Of a stretch of DNA of 64,000 nt, positions 1 to 12,852 are shown piece by piece. Source of the stretch: Macrostomum lignano (taxonomy: Eukaryota); assembly GCA_002269645.1 (NCBI GenBank), contig NIVC01000433.1:1-64000 (forward strand), given 5' to 3'. Position 1 is the stretch's first letter; every line of letters begins with the position of its first letter. The position numbers and the translations under genes are program-made. Under the pieces are notes generated by a model that searched no databases, had not been told where the DNA came from, and worked only from the letters and a program-made list of their open reading frames with translations.

Positions 1-650
1 CTACCCTAGACATCCACTCTCCCTACCTAGACATCCCACTCTCCCTACCTAGACATCCACTCTCCCTACCCTAGATATTCCACTCTCCTACCCTAGAAAT
101 ATTCCACTCCCCACCTAGACATCCCTACCCTAGATATTCCACTCTCCCTACCCTAAGATATTCCACTCTCCCTACCCTAGACATCCCACTCTCCCTACCT
201 AATATTCCACTCTCCCTACCCTAGATATTCACTCTCCTACCCTAGACATCCCACTCTCCCTACCTAGATATTCCACTCTCCCTACCCAGATATTCCACTC
301 CCCTACCTAGACATCCCACTCTCCCTACCTAGATACACTCTCCCTACCCTAGATATTCCACTCTCCCTACCCTAGACATCCCACTATCCTACCATAGACA
401 CCACTCTCCTACCCTAGATATTCCACTCTCCCTACCCTAGACATCCCCACTATCCTACCATAGACACCACTCTCCCTACCCTAGATATTCCACTCTCCCT
501 ACCCTAGACCACTCTCCCTACTCCTAGATATCCACTCTCCTACCATAGACACCTTCCCACCTCTAGATATTCCATCTCCCTACCTAGACATCCCACTCTC
601 CCTACCCTAGACATCCTATTCTCTCTACCCTAGACATCCCAATCTCACCA
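1..650. repeat. ~22-23 bp minisatellite (CTCCCTACCCTAGACATCCCACT-like), runs off the window start; probably intronic in the sorting nexin gene
   Basis: Direct tandem repetition with small indels. Confidence 0.95.
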
Positions 651-660
651 GATATCCCAC

Positions 661-2078
661 CAGCATCATCTGCAGACAGTCTATGGACTGACTGGCCAAC
701 CACTCAGCTTCGCATCTCTCCGACGTCTCGTCAGCCGCTCTCAGCAGAGCTCCATCATCACCGCGAGTGCGTCTCCTTCAATCAAGCTACTAGCAGCAGA
801 CAATTTGGGAGGCAACTTTTCGGCGATACATCGAATAGCGCCGGCGGCAGCGAGAGCGGCTTCGCGATGTCGGTCCAAGCAGGTTCGAATTTCAACCAGA
901 ATTTTCAACCTGCCTGTGATCGCCTCGCGCTGACTGGAAATCCAGGACTCGATGCTGGCGTCGCCGTCTTCATCAGAGAAGGATGATCGAGTGGCAGTTG
1001 CTGAGGTGAAGTCAATGGAATCTCTATCCCAACCACCAGCGGCTGTCCGAGCCTGATTAACAGCTTTGGCATAGTTCTGCATAGGTGATGACGGATATGT
1101 AAAAAATATTGGTACAATAGGTATGTAGATTGGTAGATAGATCGGTAGATAGGTAGATAGATAGGTCAATAGGTACGTAGACAGGTAGAGTTAGTTATCC
1201 TAGATAGTCCCATGAAATCCGATAGTCTCAGATCCTCAGAGGTAGGTAGGTAAATAGATAGGTAGCAGGAGTTAGACAGGATAGTGTCACTTGATATACA
1301 AGTGTCACCTGTTAGACAGGATAGTGTCACCTGTTAGACAGGACAGTGTCACCTGTTAGACAGGATAGTGTCATCTGTTAGACAGGATAGTTTCACCTGT
1401 TAGACAGGATAGTGTCACCTGTTAGACAGTATAGTGTCAACCTGTTAGACAGGACAGTGTCACCTGTTAACAGGATAGTGTCACCTGTTAGACAGGATAG
1501 TGTCACCTGTTAGACAGGATAGTGTCACCTGTTAGACAGGATAGTGTCACCTGTTTAGACAGGATAGTGTCTCCTGTTGGGTAAGTAAGTAGGTACGTCA
1601 GGCAGGTAAGTCGATAGGCAGGTAGACAGATGGGTAGATAGATCTGATAGATCGATAGATACAGACACAGAGATAGGTGGGTGGATACTAGATAGATATC
1701 CCATACCGCACACACCCTAGGCAATTAAAAAATAGGAGCGTCAACCCGCGCCTCATTTCCGTTGCAGTGCATCAGAAAGTGCTCCAGCTCGGCATCCTGA
1801 CCCAGCACCGGGTGCCGCCGCAGCGCGGTCAAGTAGTCTTGAAGGCCGGCCTCCCGCTCCTCCAGAAACAGCCGCCGCTGCCGCCGCTGCCTCATCGCCA
1901 GGCCGCTGGCGCCCGGCAGAGTCGGCAGCTCCGGCCGGCCACGCGTTGGCAGCTCCGGGATCAGCCAGTGAGGCCGACGCTGCACCAGCGATTCGTGCAG
2001 TCGACGAAAATCGCTGTAGCGTCTAACAACGCCTTCGGGGTGGAGTGGCGCAGCGAATCGAATAAACCCGGTGGCTGA
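661..2078 (-). CDS. PX-domain protein (sorting nexin-like), partial; at least two exons (~2078-1740 and 1077-661)
   Basis: Extending ORF 1725-1985 upstream gives VVRRYSDFRRLHESL...IPELP...FLEEREAGLQDYLTALRRHPVLGQDAELEHFL, the PX signature. The second exon has an acceptor ctatgcag| at 1078 and a candidate GT donor at 660, but needs one frame change near 780-743. Confidence 0.75.
1271..1577. repeat. 22-bp intronic minisatellite (ACAGGATAGTGTCACCTGTTAG) flanked by GATA/GTAG-type microsatellite
   Basis: Near-perfect tandem copies. Confidence 0.95.
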
Positions 2079-3064
2079 ACAGCGGGAGCCTCGCGACTCG
2101 TCTAGAAGTCTAACTTGGACACTTGGACCTTGTCAGTTTAAAACAGTCGAAAAAATGTATAAAATTGATTTTTTGTAATACTGTTAAATCTAGTTTTAGT
2201 ATATTTTTTTAACTTCCTTATTGTTGTCAATGAACTTTAGAAATACTTTTTCAGAAAATCATAAACTAAATTGATAAATAATTACCTGCAAACAAGCTTT
2301 CATCCATTATCTCCAACAGTAGCTCGTAGTTATGTGATTCTAGAAAAAAGGTATTGCAATAATTTTAGTTTTAATTTTTGGATAATTTTTTATTTGTGAT
2401 CTTATTTTTATCTTATTAGCTATTTATTAACATATGTTAAGTACAGAATAGATGCAAAGTAAATATGCTCTAATTATTTGAGTTTACTATAAATTTTCAG
2501 TGGTTAGTCAGGTTGTCTTTTATTTTAAAAAATGTTTTATGAAAAAACTTATATCACGTCAACACAGATTTACTAAAATAGTTAATTTTTTAATATGTTT
2601 CTGAATCTACTAATATTATGATAGCTACATTTAATTTTTCATTTTGACTGATAAAAGCAAGGTTTCTATTTTTCGTAATAGTGAACTTGTCAATATGAAA
2701 TGTATTCCTTATTACAAAAATAGAGCACATTACTTACAACTGCTTTTGGTCGAAGTATAAACACTTTCTTGCTAATCGACTTACGCGGGAAGCAAAAAGT
2801 AATTTATAATTTATAAATTTATAACGCTGTGTTGTGCCACTCTAAGCTTTATCCGTCTTCACGTTTCGTAGAGGCTTCTACGAAAACAGTAAATTTGATT
2901 TAATGCTAACGTCATACATGTATAACAATTTACTATTATATTCGTTTTATTTTTTATACCGATTGACACAGTAATATATTAATACTAATAATTAATGTCC
3001 TATTTTATTATGTTTATGCCCCAATGTATTAGATCATATATTAGTATTAGTTTCGTATATTTGT

Positions 3065-3257
3065 CAGGGGCGTAGCCAGGAATTTCCTACGGGGGGATAC
3101 ACCAAGGTGAATTTTCTACGGCGGGGATACACCAAGGTAAAAGTGCTATGACAGAGTTACATGGTAGCATGTATAGCAACACAGGGCAACAAAAAAGTTT
3201 TGGTCAGGCTCTTCGGGGGGGATACATCCCCCCTAGGCCCCCCTCCATACGCCCCTG
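3065..3257. mobile_element. hAT-type MITE (193 bp)
   Basis: TIR CAGGGGCGTA...TACGCCCCTG with exact 8-bp TSD ATATTTGT at 3057-3064 and 3258-3265. Confidence 0.9.
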
Positions 3258-4199
3258 ATATTTGTATTGTATTAAGCGGTCAGGTTGGGTTTCGCGGGTA
3301 CGTTTTTATAAGTCTGTTTAGGATCTAGGAATCCTAAACAGATTTAGAAATGGCTATTACTCAGATGTAAAGCACAAATGATTAGATCTGAAGTTTTAAA
3401 TGTATTTTAAATTAGCAAGTAGATATATATGAATTGAAGGCATCCATCGATCTTATGATTCATGCGTTATACATTTTTCCTATCCGCAGTTTCTTGAAAT
3501 ACATGGATCACAAGTACATTTAATTACCTTTAAATAGATTACTTTGATTACTTATGATTCCATTTACGTTATTTACGTAACGGTTCTGATAAGTCGTCCC
3601 TAAATTGGAAAAATAACTGAGGAAATGAACTCTATGAAAAATAGTCATGTGTATATGTATCTCATCTAAAATTAATAAATAACCTTTTACTGTATCTGTT
3701 TGATTCAGCAGATAACTTTGTGGCTTCTTAAGCTTGATAAGAAAATTTTGACATAGTTTGCAACCAGGGTGTGATTTGTCACCTGGTGTCTCCCGGCCAT
3801 CGAAGGATGATGATCTACATGTTGAATGCTTAATAGATTAATCGATCGGATGCTTACGGTAGCAGTTAAGGCTTGTTCACTGTCAAGGTTTGATCAACAA
3901 AAGTATAGAGAAATTCGCAACACACGGTATACACAGTATGTTGAAAGTCCAGAAGCTCCGCCTGGATCATCTTCCCAACTGACAAAGAAGTCAAGAGCTG
4001 ATGCTCTTGTGGTCGATGTGCTGACAAAATGTTTAGGCTTGGCAAGGCCGCACTGGAGCACGAAGGTGTATTAAATTATTAAAATCCGACCTCCTGGAAG
4101 AATCATTGAATATCTCGAGAATTATTGAATTATCGGGGGGTCTCTTCTCTTGGTAATTCGATGGACAGAAAATACCTTGGTGAGAAAGTTTGTGTTTGT

Positions 4200-5724
4200 G
4201 CAAACTCGGAGCTGTTCCGATATTTTGCAGAGTCGTGAAGCACTGGAAGTTCCGCAAGTTCCGTACTCCCAGTTCCGCAAGCCCCCTGTCCGCCTGGTCA
4301 CCTGGTCACCTTTGCGGGCTGCAAGAGAACGCGGCAGAACGCGCGCGGGTGGAACGCCACGAGGAGACTGGCGCAACTCGATCATGCGCTGGTTCGCACT
4401 CGCGAGCGCCGCCGCGTCACCAACTGTGACACCATGGCTCCACTGGCTCTCCGGTCATACCACCGACTTCTGCTCTGCGTCTTGCGGCTCCGCGGCAACG
4501 GCGCTACTATCGCACCCTGTTGGACACCCGCGTGAAGCGTCAATTCGCGGACGCCTTCGTCGGCGCACTTGGAGACGGTCTGCAGTCGGTGCTGAACCCG
4601 TACCAGCGGTACGAGCAGAACGGATTAGGCCGCAACGCGGTACAGAGACACAGATCCTCGCACTCAGCCGTGTCATCGAGGAGGCGTGCAACCGCCAGTC
4701 TACGCTGATCATTGTCTTCGGTGACTTTCGAAAGGCGTTTGACTCGGTGTTGAAGAGCCGCTGAGACACTTTATCAGAAGTTTTGCAGGGCGACACGCTG
4801 GCGCCGTTCCTTTTCGTGCTCTTCGTGCTGGACTGGGTGCTTCGGACCGCACTCCCCTCGGCTAACGACGGCTTCCTGCTGCGCAGACGCATCGGTCGCC
4901 CCCACGGCGAAAAGCGCCTGAACGTTCTTGGCTACGCCGACGACCTCGCCCTCTTGTCCTCGTCCGTTGAAAGGCGCCCAGCGCCAGATTGACAAGCTGG
5001 TTGAGGTGGAATCGAGCGTCGGTCTGGTTGTCAACACGCTGAAGACCGAGGTGCTGACTGTGCCGGCCGATATCACAGCGGACCTGACGTGCCGCGGCGC
5101 AGATGGGCAGACGACCAGGCTCGCACGCTGCCAGTGGGTCACCTACCTCGGCGGTATGGTGCCCGACGTGGAGAAAGACCTCCGGCGGCTCAGAGGACTT
5201 GCCTAGGCAGCCTTCCGTTCGATCCGGGCTGTCGTCCAATCCGAAGCGCTGCCCGACCGCCAGAGGGCTCGGCTGTGGCAGGCGGTGGTCGAGACCATTC
5301 TGCTCTACAACGCCGAGACGTGGACGCTGACGGCTACGCTGGAGCGTCAGCTGGACTCGGCGCACTCAGGGCTGCTCCGTGCGGCCTTTCGAGCTGACGA
5401 GAGCGTCGGGACCGAGGCCCTGTACGATCGGGCCAAGCTGCCCGTCCATCATCCTGCGCCGGCGGTGACTTCAACTGGCGGACCACGTGATCCGGGCCGA
5501 GGGCTACTGCCCCAACCTGTTCAGGACGTCCTGCTGCTCACCTTGCAGGGCCCGTTCAGGCCGGGTCAGGCCCGAACCCGTCGATACGTGGACTGCCTGC
5601 TGTGCGACGCTGCCAATGGAGCGGACTTCGTTCATTCTCAGGCTGCTTCGGCGCGCCATCTGACGCGCCCTGCTCTAACTGTGACCTTGCATGCGGGGCT
5701 GCGTACTTTGTTGTTGTTGTTGTT
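4200..5724 (+). mobile_element. Degenerate, internally deleted RTE-like non-LTR retrotransposon
   Basis: APE endonuclease remnants (QFRKPPVRLVTW, QLDHALV), RT motifs (FGDFRKAFDSV, QGDTLAPFLF, GYADDLALL), C-terminal TILLYNAETWTL, several frameshifts and a (TTG)n tail at ~5707-5724. Confidence 0.88.
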
Positions 5725-5769
5725 GCTTTTTAGTTTCGTTTTTAGCAAACTGGGGGTTTGATTCGTTCA

Positions 5770-6380
5770 CAGCCTTGACCCTCTATGAATTCTGCCCACA
5801 GCTTACGACCGGCGTTGGGGCTGCTGCACAGGTCCGCGTGGCAGGTAATACCGAGGGTGTGGCGGGTCCCTTCCAGATTCGCGCACTCCACGGCCACGTG
5901 GATATTGCTTGTTGATGTTGGATGATGTTGTTGGAAGAGCCATTTTGCGCGCCTATGTACCGGCACCTGCTCCATCGTCTTCCAGAACGAAGTTCTCGCC
6001 ATCAGCTCCTGCGCCATGGAGCTGTACAATCAGCGCTTCTGGGGAAGGAGATTACCCTCCACTTGGACAGTCAAGCGGCGATTCACGCCCTTGAGCGCAC
6101 CACTACCTGCTCGCGTACAGTCCTCGACTGCATCGGGCAGCTCAACCGCTTAGGCGCCTCTAACAAGGTGTCCCTAAGGTGGATCCCCGGGCACTCGGGC
6201 CACCCCGGCAACGAGCTGGCCGATCGCCTGGCCAAGACTGGCTCGACCGGTTCTTTTACTGGTCCCCTGCCCGTGGCCCCCACCTCCATCGCCGTTGTCA
6301 CCACTCGGATCAACCTGGGTGGCTTCTAAGCTCAGTGAGAGGTGGGCTACCGCCCCCGACTGCCGGAAATCCATGTTTAA
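5770..6380 (+). mobile_element. LINE fragment encoding RNase H (I/R1/LOA-group type), CpG-rich
   Basis: ORF 5922-6329: HLDSQAAIHAL...LRWIPGHSGHPGNELADRLAK. Confidence 0.85.
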
Positions 6381-6760
6381 GTAAGTCAAGTGCCTATGTT
6401 TAACGTGTCTTTACTATGCAACATTGCACGAGAAAACCAGCACAATGAACTCATCAGATTCAATGCTTTGGGTAATTGTATTAAATTATTCTATACTGAT
6501 GTACACTCAGAAACATGTTAAACTTTCCAGTGGTAACTTTTCACAGATTTCAGCCCCTACAAAGTGACGAAAATCACAGCACGCCCGTGATTCTCGTCTC
6601 AACTGTGGAGTGTAATACAATTTGCGTCACAATTGGCCTTAGCTTAGGTTGGGGAGAAGTGAGTGGACAGTTTACAGCTAGAGTTGAATTAAACATTGCC
6701 ACTTCGTGACCACTGGTTAGTTTGTCGTACAAATACACACCTGAAATGTATAAGTAGCTG

Positions 6761-7147
6761 CCCTAGAAGCCATTGACGTGTTGATTCTTAACAGATCTTG
6801 TCTATCTTCTTGGGTTGCTGCGCAAGTACTTGCAAGAACGTGCAAGATCTTTGCTATGATAAAACTGAGGTAAACTTACCAGATCTGGGCGACTTGCTAC
6901 GTCGTGCAAGATGTTAACTTTTATATCTTTTTATAGCTTCGAATCGCATATTTTATTAATTTTATTGTCCCATTTTGCCATAAAATAAATCATAATAAAG
7001 CTAGAACACTTTGGCCAAATGAATGACAAAACAAATGTACCTCCCTTCTTAGAAGATCCTGCAAGAACCGAGCAGATTGAGAAGATCTGCTAAGAATGGC
7101 ACAGAGACAAGATCTGCTAAGTTTGAGAAACAGAATGTCCTCTAGGG
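6761..7147. mobile_element. Non-autonomous CACTA/EnSpm-like element with CCC...GGG ends (387 bp)
   Basis: Imperfect TIR CCCTAGAAGCCATT / AATGTCCTCTAGGG, subterminal CAGATCTTG/CAAGATCTG repeats, 2-bp flanking duplication TG (6759-6760, 7148-7149). Confidence 0.72.
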
Positions 7148-7199
7148 TGACTTTTTTAGAGGTTCGGCCCAAATACGTGCGTCCTGACACCTACACCTC

Positions 7200-7254
7200 T
7201 CCCCTTTGTGGCCACTCGTGGCCGGCGAGAGGTTAAAATTGTTGTTGTTGTTGT
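7200..7254 (+). mobile_element. Isolated LINE 3' end with (TTG)n tail
   Basis: CTTTGTGGCCACTCGTGGCC followed by TTGTTGTTGTTG; resembles the 3' end of the degenerate LINE near 56790-56810 (TTTGTGGCACTTGTGGCC). Confidence 0.45.
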
Positions 7255-7748
7255 CTTTGACTTTGTATGCATTTACACCAAAGATTTATGAACAATTATG
7301 CATTATTTTCTTAGCAAGTCGTCAACAAGGCTTATTGTTGTGAAACTGTTGTGAATATTCAATTCTTGTGAAACTACATAAAACTGTACAGCCTCAAAGA
7401 CATTGAATCGTAAAACTTGCACAGTCCGCGCCCGGTTGCAATATCGAATGTTACATCATGTACCTCGTTATTATTCTAGGAGTCTATCCAGCGTACGAGA
7501 ACGTACTGAACACTACATTACCAACATTGATGGTAAAACATTGCCTAATCAGGCGTTACACTTAAAATTGGAGAGACTGAAATGTTTAACGAAATTGAAA
7601 CAACCAGACATCGTTACTTGGTAAGAAAACGTTTTTATTATCAGTTTCTATCAAGTTCGCCAGACAAACTTTTTGTCACCGAATTCGTTAGTATGTCGCG
7701 TAAACTTGCTCGCCAATTTATACTTTTAGAGACGATCGCACGTACCGG

Positions 7749-8851
7749 TCACCAGCAGAACAGCCACTTGCAGGAGAATTTCGACGAATGATAATTATAG
7801 GCCTTGCCAGGGACGCTTTTTATCGCGCTGCGCTTGCCAAATCTGAAAATTTGGGAACAGTTTTAGGAAAGAAGATTAGACTAATTATACAGCATCCATC
7901 ACTGACAAAACTATAGTGCGGTGGAATCTATATTATAGTGACACAATTAAAAATTACTTCTCTATTATTGAAGCTTCATGGTGCATACAAAACAGTTCCA
8001 ATTCGAAGAAAAAGATGGGAAACAAAAATGGAAGCGTTGCAAATATGGAAGAATAGTGAGATCAGATAAAAATTGCAAACAAACTTGAGTAGTTCTGACT
8101 ACTTTCGTTTTTTGAGCATGCCAGTTTAAATATTTAACAAAGCATTCTTAAAGGGGGTTGTAGCCTACACCTTTTTGCGTTCTATTTCGATAAAACTGCA
8201 TTCAATTTCGGCAAACTGGCTTTCATTTTCAGCAACTCGAGATTCTATTTAGACAAACTGATTTTCAATTTCGGCAAACTGCACACAATTTCGACAGCGA
8301 CACCAATGTAAGAATGGAATAAAGACAGAAGAGAGGGATTTCTTAGATTCTGAACAAGTACTGCATTTGGAGTTCGCAAAAAGGTGTAGAAACTCGAGTT
8401 GCCGAAATTAAATGCAGTTTGCCGAAATTGTTTCTCGGTTTGTCCAATTCGAATGCAGTTTGGATGTGCGGCCGTAGCTGATGCCGAAAATAAAAGCCAG
8501 TTTGCCGAAATTGAATGCAGTTTTAATGAGATAGAACGCAAAAAGGTGTAGTGGTTAGATAATAATTATTACTCTAAAAACGGATTATTATTTGACCTAC
8601 CGAGGCCTTCCAGCAAGAGCAAGGGCACTGTGCAGCTGCATTAGATAATTTGCCAGCTCGCTGGGACTCTCCACGCCGAGACCATAGCCAACCTTCGCTT
8701 TCTTGTCGATGCTCATTGAGCTCTCGTCAGTAGGCTGCTTCATCATCGCAGGTGCACCTTGGCAGATGGGCACGAGCTGACAGCAAATCAGCGTCACCAC
8801 CAGAAGCATCATCATCCTCAGCAGAGGTTTCCGTCGTTGTTGAAAAGGCAT
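7749..8851 (-). CDS. npf: Neuropeptide F (NPF/NPY family) precursor; exons 8851-8601 and 7842-7749
   Basis: Hydrophobic signal peptide, then ...ELANYLMQLHSALALAGRP-R. A phase-2 intron splits the Arg codon (CG|gtaggt ... ttttcag|A), the position conserved in NPY/NPF genes. Exon 2 supplies F-G-K-R, giving GRPRF-amide plus a dibasic cleavage site. Confidence 0.95.
8165..8551. mobile_element. MITE with long (~70 bp) TIRs inside the NPF intron
   Basis: CTACACCTTTTTGCGTTCTAT..AAAACTGCATTCAATTTCGGCAAACTGGCTT matches the inverted copy ending ...GAACGCAAAAAGGTGTAG. Terminal TA is compatible with Tc1/mariner. Confidence 0.85.
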
Positions 8852-11284
8852 CTTTTAGATCCAAGCAAATTTGCGAATATGGTCTCTGAAACCACTTTGA
8901 AACCATAGCAGCGGAATTGTCTATAGATCCGAGCAGATTTATATGATTCATTTTGCCGAAGTCTTCAGTATCATGTTACTCCATCGGACACTGATCGGGG
9001 TTACTTAAAAAAATTGCGAATAATCAGAATTGACGAGAGAACACTGCAAGAGCCTAGTGATTCGATTGCAATTCTATTTAAAACTCTGAGTTGGTAAAGA
9101 TCTGACGCGACACGCGCGAAGATGTCAGAAAAATCCCAATGATCTTTAAATAATGCAACACCTTTAGCCGCGTCAATTTGCTACGAGGCAACATGTCATG
9201 CAAGTATCTGTTTCAAAGCCGCTTTCCCTAATTGTTACGTCATGATCACTGACGAGTGTGGTGATTTACACCTGTAGGATAGGAGCTGCATATATTTGAC
9301 CATGGATCAACATTTGACCATGTAAAAAGCTATAATTAGAAGTAATTAAAAGTATAATTAAGTTATTGAATGCCAATCGATATAACTGTATTAACGAGAC
9401 ATTAATCATAAGTGACAGCAATACAACGTATCACCGCCACGCAGCGGACACTCGGTTTACATACATAGTTGCGTCGTTGCATGCTTATGCATGTAGTCGA
9501 CCAACCGAAATGCACTCGCAATACTACCAGCAAGACACTAAGCTATAAAATAAAAATTTAGTATATTTCTTATTAAATTTGCGATGAGTTTCGGTCAAGT
9601 ACTGCATGGACCATTTTCAAGCAGCGAATTCATTTTTATTTCTGCTAACGAAAGTTCACACGGAATTAAATAGGTCTTTTTTTGCAAAATGTGATGAAGA
9701 CGCACTTTTTTCCGATTTCCACGCTCGCAAATGGGTTCTAAACAATGGTTAGCCTACTAACAGCAGGTTATGGGCATTTTGTTTTCTTTTTATGTAACTT
9801 TCCAAGAATTCATACTAGTAGGATCTTCGCAGCTATATGATTTTACCATACTTGTAGTCATAATAACATAGGCGCAGTTTTCGCTACTTTTGGGGTCATA
9901 AATCATTCCTTGTGAGCTGGTCTGACAGCCCGTACCTGCACCTCACTCAGTGTTGAGGCGGCGCCAGATGGTCTGAGAGGATGCGGGCGGTAGCTTTTTT
10001 CTCATCATTTTGACAGGCCATCAAGATTTATGAGGTCAGAGCCTATTGTTCGTGTTCACTCAAGCGTGTGACAGCTTTGACAGCTATGCGTTTTACCCCA
10101 AAAAGACTAAGTCTTTGGGATTAGCGATTAGCGATTTCTTGATTGGGTGATTCCTTATCTGTCCCATATTTCAGTAGCTGGATTAGGCGCACACTTTTGC
10201 TCATTTTGTTCAGTAGTGCTGTTTCTAAGGCAGAAATCACCTACCCCTAGTGCCATCTTTAGTTGCTGCAACATTGACGTTGTTGACAGCGCGCGCTTGG
10301 CATCAACGTTGACATAAAAATGTTGCTGAATTGTTGCAGGAACATTGATATAGAAAAAGATTTCAAATGTGTGAATTTCTGGCAATTGAATTATTGCAAC
10401 TCGTTTAGATTCGGGAGCTCCTTAAATTAAAATTGTACGGAGTTATTCATTTATGTAATTCTAATTCAGAAGAATCTGTTTCTTTAATGTATACGTAAAG
10501 ATTTGTTAAATGTAGCTGCTACAGTTTTTACTAACCAACTTGATTTAATTTCTACCGTCAGGCACATCGACACGGATTTCTAGCTGCAAAAAAAATCGTT
10601 GCTATTTAGGCCTACTGTTTACCTAACTTTCTATTTGACTTTTTGTTTAGCTTTTTATTTGGTTTATTGCATGTTTGCTTAGCTTTAAAGTTGGCATAAG
10701 TCGAAGGCCTAGAATACAAAAACGTAACTAAAATTAATTAGATAAAAATCTGTTGTTGCAAAGCTCTTCCTACTACACTAGCCCTTGAATTTAAACTTAA
10801 AGAACATAAAAATATTATTGCCTAGGCCTTAGCCTGGCTACTATATTAAGTTGGGAATGCCAGTTTTTTTGTTTGCTCCTGGGATTACAACCATAGCTTT
10901 TTTTGTTTACTTGATTGTAACTTGCAAAACTACCCAAGAGATAGACAAAGATCAAGTTGAACCTGAAGTTGCAAATAATCAGGACCAGGCCCTTAGTGGT
11001 CTAGCATCTAATATTGTATTTTTGTCTGGGCCATCTGCTTCTGCACCTACTCTAAGTGAAGACACAGTTGTTGTAGGTAAATAATAATGCAATGAAACTC
11101 TGTTTCTAATATATATTTTTTATGCTTATCTAATATATAAAGTATTTTGATTATGTTATGCTTAGCCTTATTTAGGCCAAACATTTGTTAGTATAGGCCT
11201 AATACTTAAGGTTAGTTAGTATAATATGTTGCTAGGCCCTATAATATAAATATAATACAAACTCATGTTGTTGGTATAAATATG

Positions 11285-11287
<3 letters not shown>

Positions 11288-11323
<36 letters not shown>
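11288..11323. repeat. (TA)n microsatellite
   Basis: Direct observation. Confidence 0.95.
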
Positions 11324-11325
<2 letters not shown>

Positions 11326-12852
11326 TAACTATTTTTAGTTCAAGTTTGCCTCAATTATATACCATTTGGTATAGTCTATTTATATATCTATATTAGGCCT
11401 ATTGCTCTATATCATAAAATGTTTGTCTAAACATTCCTTTATTATAAGAAGTAAGACTAAGACTGCCAAAATAAAGATTAAAGTGTAGATTGCAAATATC
11501 AATAAGTTTTTTTGCATTTTGGATGTAAAATAGACTTAGAAATGATTAAAGAGCAAATTTCAACTATAAATAAAAAGTGTTGCAAATCATAGATTTTTTG
11601 TATAAGATCTATAGTTCAGAACACTATATGTGCCCCACAAAAAAACTGTCAACATTCTTTTAATGCCAATATATACCATTTATAATACTTTACACAAAAC
11701 ATCTAAATTGCTAGGAATAAGTGATGGAACATGATGGGTGATTTAGATATTTAATTTAAATGAGATGAGCTAAAAACTAAAAATAACAGTTATAGTTATA
11801 TTTATATAATGTTATATATATTAAAAAAACAAAAGTAAACTTTGTGCATTTTTGTTAAAAATCATGACTTTTAACTTATAAAAAAACAGAATTCAGTTTT
11901 GCATTAATTTTATATCAAATTTTATAGTAATGTATGCATGGACAACTATTGTAACAATTATTAATAACATAACTTTTCATTCTTTGTGTGTCACAAAAAT
12001 ATTAAACATATATGCCAAAAGCCTTAGAAAATCACTTTTTGTGTATGCCAATGTATGCTAAATTTCTTGAGTGTACCCTAGAAATTTCTGGGGTACAAGA
12101 TGCCTTCTTCTGGACTATGGTATAAGATTGTTTCATAAGAAATGTTATATTTAATAACTAGCTAATGATAGCTAAATTAATTTAAATAAAACAAAATTTA
12201 TTGAAAAGTTATTTGTTGGATATGAAGTGCTAGTCAAAATTCAAGAGACTTGAGTATCAAGCTTAAAAGTATATAATGCTGGCTATTTGTATTCAACCTA
12301 ATTTGTTAATTTTTATATATGCTCCTAAAGACCCTATATTAGTTTTATTATTTATTATATTTATTAGTTTTAGTTCTACTATATTAGACCCTAAATCAAA
12401 CCTTGCCTATAAAAATGTTTGCTATGCTAAATGATGAATTTGGTGTATTTGGGATTTGTTCATAATGATAATTGTCAACTTGATTTATTTTTGCTTTTGG
12501 CAAAACTTTGAGTAAATTTTTTTATCTATAATGCTTCTGTTTGGAGAAAATAAAGCCTGCAATGTTGTTAAACAATTATTATTTTCTTTAAAGCACAAGA
12601 TGCAAGTTTTAGGAAATTTGTGGATTGTATATTAGATTTGTAATATAAACATATTTTTTGCTATAATTTATATTATATATATGTTGCAATAAGCATATAC
12701 TTATGTTGAGTACTCATTATCAAGGGTATGATCTTGATACTCTGACAGTTTCTTGCTAGGTCTTGCTCAAGGTATTGAAGGCATAGAAGGCTTCATTATG
12801 CTGGCGTAATTATGAGGCTTTCATTTCATCCATTTCTCTATAATTTGTCTAG

